DNA of 63,065 bases, counting the filler, from Choristocarpus tenellus KU-1152 (taxonomy: Eukaryota > Protista > Phaeophyceae), in NCBI GenBank assembly GCA_964200185.2. It is 11 parts of 11 records of this genome, joined end to end, with 100 filler letters (N's around TTAATTAATTAA, not from the genome) between each part and the next. Parts side by side here need not be neighbours in the genome. Positions count along the whole stretch, not along the records: positions 49,896 to 53,418 come from CAXNAD020019466.1; positions 53,519 to 57,694 come from CAXNAD020015840.1; positions 57,795 to 63,065 come from CAXNAD020011296.1; 8 more parts are not named here. One strand, written 5' to 3'. The notes under the pieces are model-generated. The model saw only the letters and a list, made by a program, of their open reading frames with translations. It was not told where the DNA came from and made no database searches. Below are positions 53,370-63,065 of the stretch, in pieces. The stretch's first letter is position 1. Each line of letters opens with the position of its first letter. The translations under genes were made by a program, and so were the position numbers.

Positions 53370-56300
53370 GTGATGGTAATTATCATAGCGATCTCTGCCA
53401 GGCCTGAAGGGGGTGGGGNNNNNNNNNNNNNNNNNNNNNNNNNNNNNNNNNNNNNNNNNNNNTTAATTAATTAANNNNNNNNNNNNNNNNNNNNNNNNNN
53501 NNNNNNNNNNNNNNNNNNGGGCTTGGGGGGGCGGGGTGGCGGTGGGGGGATTGTGGGGCTGGTGTGGGGGTGTTGTGGGGTCAGGGGATCAGGGGGGGGT
53601 TGTGAGGGGTCATCTATTTCGGTCAAGCAACTCTTTTTTTTGCTGATATTTCAAATCCGACACGTGCGACCAAATCACACCCAAAAAAAGTGAAAACCCA
53701 AAAAAAGGGTGAAAAACGAACGCCGACACCCCCCCTCCACATGCTTTGACTCATGGGAAAGGGGTAAAAGACGCTATGAAATCAACCTGGGGGTATCTAT
53801 TGGTATTTGCTCCAAGTATAGGAAGTGCAGGGACCGATTAGAGATTAGTAAGATATTAAGAATTGAGCTGAAGAGAGCGATAGAGGATGTACCAACTTCT
53901 CGGTGGTCAACGCCTTCCATGGTGCACCACTTCCTTTATCTCAAATCCACCACCATTCTTCACAAAAACAGTTGGTTACTCACAAAGAATGTTGACATTC
54001 GAGAGGGAAGTAAGCAGTTGATACTGGAATAAAAAACAAAAAGTGAAAGTTCTCGAAGGTGAAATGACGTGCAGAAATGACCTGTCGCCTGTCAAACCCT
54101 TCAAAAGTATGCAACAAAAATAACAAATGCCTCTCAAAAGTTTTAAACTGTCTTTTACTGCACACTCCGTTCCTTCTTTTTCGACGTTTTGTCATGATCA
54201 ATAACTATATAATGGCGTTTATCACCTTTAGCTATTTCTCTGTTTCATACCTCATATTTGATCTTCTCGTGTTTTATACTATTCTTCCCCATCTCCTATC
54301 TTGCCGCTTTTTTTATTATTTTGCTCTGCTAAGGTGATGTGTATAGTAAAGTTTCGTTGCTGCCCATTATGAAAGAACAAAGGGCTCTTGAGGGTGGCAC
54401 ACATGCCACAGTGTCTCTATTCATCCCCATTAGATATCATGAATGAGCGAAGGTCGAGAAAGCAGTGCAAGCCTCCAGCACCTTCTAAGCCACCATCCCT
54501 GAACAGTTGAAAGGCGAGGAGCTGTATGCTGGTGCGTAAGTGTGATGTGTCTGATTTTGGTATAGGGTGGAAGTATACCCCAGCACTCTGATTGTTAGGA
54601 CAGGCAGCCCATATAATTTAAGTGGAACCAGACCCTGGCTACTTGCCTAGGCCTCAGATATAAATCTTTTACGTACAGGATTCTAGTTATTGAGGTTGAA
54701 GGCATTTGGAGGTAGGTGGAGTTGGAAGTTCTAAGTGTTGTGGAGAAGAAGCACAGAACACAGGGGGCAGAGAATGGTTGTGGGGTGCAACTAAGCACAC
54801 AATGACGTACTGCCCATCTCCAACGAGTACAGTTCTCCCATAGAAGACAAAAAGGAGTTTGTAAGAGCTTCTCTTTCAATGTGTGTGTTCGTGAGAGTCC
54901 AACTGGTGGTAGTGGGACATTGAAAAATATGGTCAGGGAGCACATGGAGGAAGCAACACGTGTAGATATTGATGCCTTCAAGGTTGCAGGAGGGCTACCA
55001 AAAATGGATATGGACAGTAGAACTTACAACAACCCCGCCAGAGTGGTGGCGGGAAAGGAGCTCGAAATTTCTGCTCCTAGCCAAACGTTCCTGCAGCGTT
55101 TGGGTCGCTCCTGCTACACAAGCAGATCGAGTTGATCTCGGCAGTGATGCTCCAATATGAAAAAAGATAACAGTCTGGATAAAGCTCTGGTCTGAAGTTT
55201 TAAACTGCATTGTATATGCAGTCTTCCTGCGAGAGATTAATGGTACATGACTTCCACCTTCCACTCCTGACAAGATGAACCCAGATGCCCAGGGCATCTC
55301 CTCGACCACCGTCATCATCCTGACCAAACTTCCTTGTTCCTTAGGCACAACGATGAGCATACCCCCACAGGTGCAGTGCAGGCGTTTCCCTTCTCCCTCT
55401 CTTCCTTCCTCTCACCTGATTGTCTTGATTTGCTATGCCAATAACAACGAGAACCTTGAACACCACTGTGTAAGTGCTGAACTCCATGACAACTACTCTT
55501 AGCATTGCAGTAAAGAAGGTTTTGAACAGCACAGGCAAAAGGGCACACACCCTGTGTGAAGGCCCTACCCAATCTTATACCAACCCATATACAATCTCTT
55601 CCATCCATGTGTACACATGTCCACATTCCAATGTGGAATTGACAGTCCAATGAAGCACACAAAGGTTTCTGCTCTTCTCAGCTGAGTTACGTAGGACATG
55701 CAGAGTAAGCAACATGTGTACTTCGTTGATCTCAAGACTGGAAATCAGTTTTGTTCCTGAAGGAGTTTTCTATCTTGCTTAAGTTAAACTCATACGAAAT
55801 GATTGAATCGCACTATATCAGTATGTGCTACCAGGAGATGTCCCTGCAGTTACCACACATCCGGTTCTTCTTGTTGAGCACAATAATGACCTCATCCCTT
55901 CCGTTCCTGAACCATAAGCTGCTGGTGCTGTAAGTAACAACACACGATGTTGAGGAAAAGTTGCACAAGAATCTAGTTTTAATGAGATTTTAGCTTTAGG
56001 ATTCATTTGGGACATCGTCCAGTCCCATAACCTTCCCATTTGCCATGGTGCACATTGGATCTGCCACTGTTGACACGGCAGTGAGATACATGCACTCGGG
56101 TATTAACACCTGGTCGAGGAAATTGGTGATGTTGCGGGTGAAATCAGCCGACTAGTCAATCAGGAACACCCCACAATGTAGCATCCATCGTTCTGCATTG
56201 GGTCCTTGCTCACTCCCTAGTCTTCCCAATTCGCCTTCGACGTCTTGAGAGGTACTCTGTTGTGTCCTCTCTACATGCAACCCTTTCTGTAGAATCCAGT

Positions 56301-57622
56301 CCAGTCCCTTCAACAAATGTGCTCCTCTATGCCGAAAGTATACATAACAACAAAATCATGCGCGGTGGAAATCCTCACACATTTGAGGTGTTTTCTAGTC
56401 ACCGTCAACATCTTCTTGAGGATAGTGCTTTGGGGGCCTGGCCATTGCTACTGTCACAGTTGTTCCCACTGTCACAGTTGTCCCACCCCTCACAAGCCTC
56501 AAAATATCTTTCTAGGGCTTGGTATCTTGCACACCACCCTCCTGGCAGCATCCTCTGTGTGCTATGCACGATGACACAAGCCTATTGCCGTGGCTCAGCA
56601 AAGTCTGGGTGATTGGGTAGCAAAGGTGCCCTGCACCACATGCAGCTTGAGAGGGTTCTTGTCCAATCTCCCTTTCTCCTCAACACCCTCACTGTTGGTA
56701 CCGCCACTGTTGTCATCATTCAAATATTCCTCGCAGCTGCATGCACCAGGAGGTAGAGACTCCCTCTTCTCCAAAAAAAGATGGAACATCATTTCAGTAA
56801 CACGAACACCCTTCTCCGACAGAGCTCGTCCCTTCTCCATTTCGCTTGTGCTAGAACAAGTGCCCACAGCCAGGATACCCTGCCCACACAATACAATACT
56901 GAACTAACAATATTGATGGCAACGTCGCAAATATGTCACATGTGGCAACTATTGAAAGTATGACCACTGCCCATAGTTTAATTACCCCCCTGAAAAACTA
57001 TTTCATTTTCCCTATGCACATAACATCGTACATCTGTACTTCAACTGAGATATACAACTACCGTACATTATGCCAGAGAGGGCTAGCTATGAGTCAACAA
57101 AGCATGTGCTTCGGGCAGAATCCAAGTCTGTTATTTGTGATGGCAAGAAATAGAATGTTATCCAATGCCCTGAAAAGACGCTTGAGGGCAACAAGTCAAT
57201 CCCATATGCTTGGGCCTCAATGTTAGTCACTTCAAACACGGCTTGAATACACAACTTTCAGTATGAGCTCAAAGTACTCTGGGGTACGTCACAGAAAACT
57301 AATTGAAACATGATACCAAACCGTGTCTTGACTCTAGCAGTTTCAAATAGCATCCAGACAAGTACACGGATCTTCTACATAGTTCATAATATTTCAGCAA
57401 ACACTGGAATATGCCAAACACGATCCATAGAAAGGAACCTACCCACTGCTGACTGCAACCAGGAGATTGATATTCTAGAAATAATTCTTGGTGAAATAGG
57501 AAATATTAGCGATGGAGTTTTCCCAATGAAAGCTACTGTATCGATCAATAAATTGTGCTGACAGGCATTTTTATTAAATTATACATAGCACGGTTCATGC
57601 ATGATGGAACAAGGTCCCCAAT

Positions 57623-57694
57623 GAGCCAAAGTATCTTAGAGGGTAGAGTCGCGTCCACTTGGGACCCAAAATCCAATGTTGCGATTTTGATGTA
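57623..57694 (+). mobile_element. MITE family A, 5' end cut by the contig edge
   Basis: GAGCCAAAGTATCTTAGAGGGTAGAGTCGCGTCC matches the left end of the family. Confidence 0.85.
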
Positions 57695-57794
57695 NNNNNN
57701 NNNNNNNNNNNNNNNNNNNNNNNNNNNNNNNNNNNNNNTTAATTAATTAANNNNNNNNNNNNNNNNNNNNNNNNNNNNNNNNNNNNNNNNNNNN

Positions 57795-57943
57795 CCCCTG
57801 CCCCCCCCAGGTACTTGGAGCCTGAAGCTGAATCAGGCTTTTGGCATAAGCAAGATCTGTTGTGAGCTCATGCGCTCGGCCACTCCAGTCTATCTGATTG
57901 GCGAATATTTCCCTCTGCAGACTCATTTCGCCATTCAACCACC
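57795..57943 (-). CDS. Probable exon of an unidentified gene
   Basis: AG acceptor followed by an open frame, WLNGEMSLQREIFANQIDWSGRAHELTTDLAYAKSLIQLQAPSTWGGQG, to the contig edge. Confidence 0.4.
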
Positions 57944-59792
57944 TTGTCAGGCATTTACTCTCTATAAGTACGGAGTGTATTATGTCATATGCCCGCTGAC
58001 ATCTTGCATGGAGGTATCTATTTTTAAAATATATATATATATAAATTAGTACTTAGAGGTATCTATTAGAAATAATATTAATATGTATACCAGTACTTAA
58101 GAGGTAACTATTAAAAAATATATCAACATTTAAATTAGTACGTAGAGGTATCTACTTTTAAAACATAAAATAATATAAATTACCCGGTACTCTCTTGGAG
58201 TCATTTTCCTGTCAAGCTGTGGAGGTGCGACATGCATGGGCAGGAGAGTAGCCTTCTTTTTTATAATATTGATACATTTGTCAAGAGTTTGTGCCCTTGC
58301 TTCTGGAAGAGAGCGGCAACCAGAAATTTCCCTCAACATGTGTCTGTCTGTGTGAGTTACGTCTCTGTGATAATGCAATCCGGATGTTTTTCTCAGTCCA
58401 GCGCTCTCACGAATTCAACCAGAGGGACGAGCGAGTGTGCATTTGAGTTCAATAGATTTTCTTTTTTTTAATACCTTGTATTTGTGTTTGTATTTTTCAG
58501 TCCTCGTGTGCTTTTCTGCGTGAGGAGGCGTTTGACCACCGAGCAAAGAATTTTGTCGTATATTCGCCCCACCCACATTGTGTGCTGAAAAAGATGAAAG
58601 ACCTACATACAGTCCAGATTTGTGGAATGTTACACCCACCTGAAGGTCTGCATACCGGTGAGGTGTAATTTAGGAGAGGGGACTTCCTTGAAGCTTTCTC
58701 GTAGAGCTCAGAGTACAGGGGAATGGTATGAGTGCGGTCCTTGCCAAACCTCGTGAGGGATGACGCCTTCCTTCTCTTCAAAAAATATTGTAACAATGTC
58801 CCCCATTCCCCCCTCAAACAACGAGCCATTGAGTTAACTCCAAAAAGTGATAACCATGGCTTACTCGATTCACAATTGGAACGAAAATGATCTACAAGCG
58901 TGTGTGTATCATTCATTGCCATCAATGCCTTGGGTTACACAGAGAAGTCGACAATTGATGATGGTAAGTAATAAGGATGATGCAAATATTGTGGGATGTG
59001 AGGGATATGGTATGAACAAGAAAAATCTAGACCACTAGGAAAGCATGTAGGCCACTTCACCTAATACATAATAGAGGATGTGTGACCTGTGCAACGTCAC
59101 CTCCGCCCTTGTTCTCAGGGTGCGTCTCTGACAGCTACTAGTGTAAGCTACCACATTCTTGTAAAGAAGTGTGTGAGTGTGTGTGTGCTGTTGATGTAGG
59201 TTTCAGTGCTTGCAGTAGGTGAAAAAAGAGGCTACAAATTCTTCATAAACATGGAGGCAATCTCAAGGTATGACAGGGAGACAGACACCCACACTTACCG
59301 AGAGGTACCTACCTATGCCTACAACCTGAAATATGCATTCCCGAAGCATCAGACAACAATAATGTGACAAAAGCTTGAACAGTGTTATTAATTCGGTACA
59401 TCTGATGTTGTGTTGATGTGTCTACCACAAGGTGAGATAGACGTTAATCATCCCGTTAAGAGATGGAAAGTAGACCTCTCTTGATGATCATTCAGCGCCC
59501 CCATACTCATCTCCGTCCCTGAATCCAAGTATCATCAAGTCTGCTTGTCCCCTTTCCCCAACCTTTCTCTTTTATGCATTAGCATGTTGATATGTTGGTA
59601 TGTGTCATTTTAGCAAGGAGAATATGGAAATTTGGTAAGCCATGGTTTACAGAAACAATGAGCCAGTCCGGGACAGGTCTACCCTGGTCCTCGCCCACAC
59701 CCCATTATCGTCTAGGCCATTCAGATCCCTCAAACTTCGACCTGCCCAGATCTAAGTCCCTATCTTATTTCTTGGCACCCATCCAGGCAACA

Positions 59793-62470
59793 TCATATAA
59801 AATGTAAAGCTACACGGTACAATATGCTCCTCTCAAAGTCACCGTGCAAGTGTGACTGGGGATCGACTCTCTCCCCAACCCATGGAAGACAGCGCAGTAG
59901 GAGGCGGTGGTTCAGGATAGTGCAGAGGTGACCCCGTACCTTTCGCCAATGCCGTGTGCCACGGAGTCCATTCTGTCGGGCTTTCAAGATCACAAGCAAT
60001 CCCATGCAGGCAAGCAGAGGGATGCAGTGGTACAGTGTTGCACCTACTGGATCAAGGGCCACTGGAATGAAGAGGGCAGATGCAGAAGGAAACACTGCTC
60101 CAAGCTCGGTCAAGGCGCCTTGTAGGGCAGAGAATGTGGCCATTACTATTACATCGAGATAAATGAAGAGCGCTGTGAGAGGCTTCCACAGGCAGTGGAA
60201 GGCAGCAACGAAAATCAGGTCAAGGACCATATTGGAAGAGCTGGCGTTTCCAATGAAACACCCTAGGGATGGCTGCCTACCATCTTTGGCGTCATAGTAA
60301 TGCGGACTTCGTGGGGGTCGCAAATTGCACCCTCCAAGCAAGAAGGAGGGTCGCAGGCCCCCATTGGGAAGAGAAATATTATCCTTGTTCGGGCATGGAC
60401 TGCTGCCTCCAAGGTTGCAGTTCCTGCCAATGTGTCGTCCCTGATTTTCAGTCCTATATCCAGCACAACCGCTAAATCTAGGCAGGATGTGGCCTCCTCC
60501 ATCTTTTCCCATGTTGACATGTGTGGTTTCACCTTTCTTAGGTAAATTCTGTGTGGCTTGATGGTGTTTGCAGACGTGGTGAATTCCCTCTTGAGACATC
60601 CAGTGCAAGGTATCTCTATAACCAAGGTCATATACCCAGTCAACTGTGTTGGGATCCTGAGGAGGAATTGGAAACCACCAAAGGGGGATATATCTGGAGG
60701 GCCTTATGTTTGCCCCACTTGTGTAGAACGGACTGATGTAGACTGTTCTCAAGCCCTGCAAGTGTGAATGAACGGACAATCAACACCAATGGTGAGTGGG
60801 GCAAATGGAAGACTACAGGAGTAAAGCACCCCAAAAAAGGAATTTGAATGTATCAAGGGGAGCTTGCGTTGGGTGGGTGGACAATTTGCTACAACCTATA
60901 CTTGATACATCCAGCCCCACCTTCTGACAATAGTGCATAATTAGCCTGGAGCTTACACTGAATACTGTGTTGGTTTTTGATTAATTAGATCTTATAAAAA
61001 GTGTGCGTCTGCCATGAAAAATACATGGGTTTTGGTGATATATTGAGAGTGGGGATAGAGGCCACGGTTGATACACCAGGTATCTACACAGTTTTTGTTT
61101 ACCCTCGCATGGATCAGATGTGATCCCCAATTTTTGCATAAACATAGTGCCATCTTGATCATTCTTACCCCTGAGGCTTCCTCACTGACAAAGGGCGCAG
61201 ATCCTCCCTCAGAAAAGAAGCCATCAAGGCGGAGCTTCCCGCGCCACCTATGGGGCAGAGCTAGGGGAAAGGCCGCACAAGATGCAAGCAAGGCATCCAT
61301 GAGATCACGGCCAGATGTGAACTGATTAGGGCGGAGTGATTCCCAGGTCATCATAGTCGACATAACCACCGTAAGCTTCCCTTTTGGCAGATCTTGAACC
61401 TTTTCCATGGGAAGGTGTTTCAATAGGCACTCCGTCAGAAAGGACTTGATGAAGAATATGCCGTAAATTAGGAAGCCGAGTAGCTTTGCTTCGTGTGTTT
61501 TCGGGATAAACGAGGTCTTGACCATCTCCATTATCTAGTGGTGGAAAGGAAGATATGTCATTCGTTAGATGGAATCCTTTTTCCAGATATTACCAAGCCA
61601 AGAGTCACACGTTTGCCGACTCAAATGACTATTCTGCATATTTGCTGGTGGTGAAAAGCAATTGGAGCAATACGTCCGACTTCATCCTGCTATAGTTTCA
61701 TATGAAGGAAAGTCGGGAAATATACACCCCTACCATTTACGTAGTAGGACACCTTAACGTCTGAAGAGGCATAGCTGTAGTGTGCATCAAGTACCACAGA
61801 GCTTTCTCGTAAGGAAAGGTCATACTACCAATGCAGCATTAGGTAATGACTGCGAGATATACCAAGCATAAATCATCATGTCGTCGTGTAATGCAACTCG
61901 AATATCATCAAGAAGCAAGGACTACCCTGCCATCTGAATCTCCAGACTGGGGATCAAAGACATATTCAGGCATCTTCTAAACGCACTACACCTTATCTAG
62001 GTTGGGCCTGAACCATCGCCCCAGGGATGCATATACCACACACCAGCAAATATTTCTACCTCAAATACCGTCTGTACTGCTTATCCTTCGTCTAAGAAGA
62101 TCCTCACCGCATCAAAGTCCGCCCCTAGAGCCAAGCCTGCTGCAGCAAGAGAGCCAGCTGAGCTCCCGAGAAATTTTTGCCTCGGGTGGACAGAATGCAA
62201 ATGGTGATCCTGCAAGCACTTTGCCACCCCAAAGTTGTAGAACATCAACCAGCCCCCTACGGCGAAGGAAAAGTTGAACGCTGGTAGGGTATGTGCGTCC
62301 TGGTCCTCCACGGACACAGTTGGTGTTGCTGTAGTGTCTCCCCATGCTCTGAACGATCTGTCTGATGGAAGAGAATGCTCTGGTACAGGAGTCGTAGGCA
62401 CGGTTTCAGTCGCCTCAGGGTAGTGTTCAACCCTTGTCCTTCGAACATTTCGTACTTCCTCCCACTGCAT
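59793..62470 (-). CDS. Patatin-like phospholipase/lipase (PNPLA family). Exons 62470-62108, 61534-61169, 60755-59793
   Basis: FSFAVGGWLMFYNFGVAKCL (Gly-rich loop), GSSAG nucleophile, ALLASCAAFP and catalytic DGF. The GT-AG junctions are phase 0 and the frame ends at TGA. Confidence 0.92.
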
Positions 62471-63065
62471 CCCCACCGCTCAGGTTTAAGCCGTAGAACT
62501 CTCTTGGGATAACCCATGTACTGTACTGAATGCCAATCCTCACAGGGAGTCGGATAGATGCCTTCCAATCGAGTGATGTATGAGTTAGGCGTGCTTATCG
62601 AGTTGTACGAATTGTCCTGGGATCGTATTGTGACCAATTATGTGTCGTGTTACTACCACTACTGTTTACTATTAATATATTTTGTGAGGTTCTTTGGAAT
62701 CAGAATAATGATGGTTACAGGAAAATGAAGGAGTCTATTTGGGGTATTCAAGATATATATTATTATGCCCTCTGACATTTTGCAGATGTGCCAGGGGGAA
62801 AACCAATGAAAACTATATATATATGTCGTTATTAGCCCTAAAGAAATAAAATATCCTAAACATAAGAACACTATAAAATATTGTAAGTGTGGAAACCCCT
62901 AATCTATCAGTTAGTTACTTCACCACTATCAAATATTGTACTACTACTATCTTCCTTAGCTTCCCATCTACCTACTCCTGTGCCCGGGGGGGGGGAGCTA
63001 GGGAGGTATCCCAAGAATCCAATTGACCCCTTCGTGCCCATCTCCCTGGTGACTCTAGTTTGAAG

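Overview
This is eukaryotic, intron-rich genomic DNA. It consists of 11 short contigs joined by an artificial linker (N-run + TTAATTAATTAA + N-run), so neighbouring segments are not necessarily adjacent in the genome. GT-AG introns, TTAGGG-type telomeric repeats and the gene and transposon content suggest a stramenopile, possibly a brown alga; this is inference only. Partial spliced genes found: a METTL13/EEF1AKMT4-like methyltransferase, TIM9 exon 1, CTP synthase, a C2+DENN protein, an armadillo-repeat protein, a KsgA/Dim1-like exon, a TMEM185-like membrane protein and a patatin-like phospholipase. Mobile DNA: Copia, Tc1/mariner and hAT relics, plus MITE families with 4-bp target-site duplications (TSDs), one of them Sola-like. 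Several minisatellites are present. The most unusual signals are: (i) many short TTAGGG insertions, including the same 4-nt telomere-completing insertion in both terminal inverted repeats (TIRs) of one MITE; (ii) a diverged ~120-bp array with one inverted monomer, next to a hAT relic; (iii) an intron bounded by a 12-bp direct repeat. No CRISPR or prokaryotic system is supported. All coordinates and alignments were read by eye.
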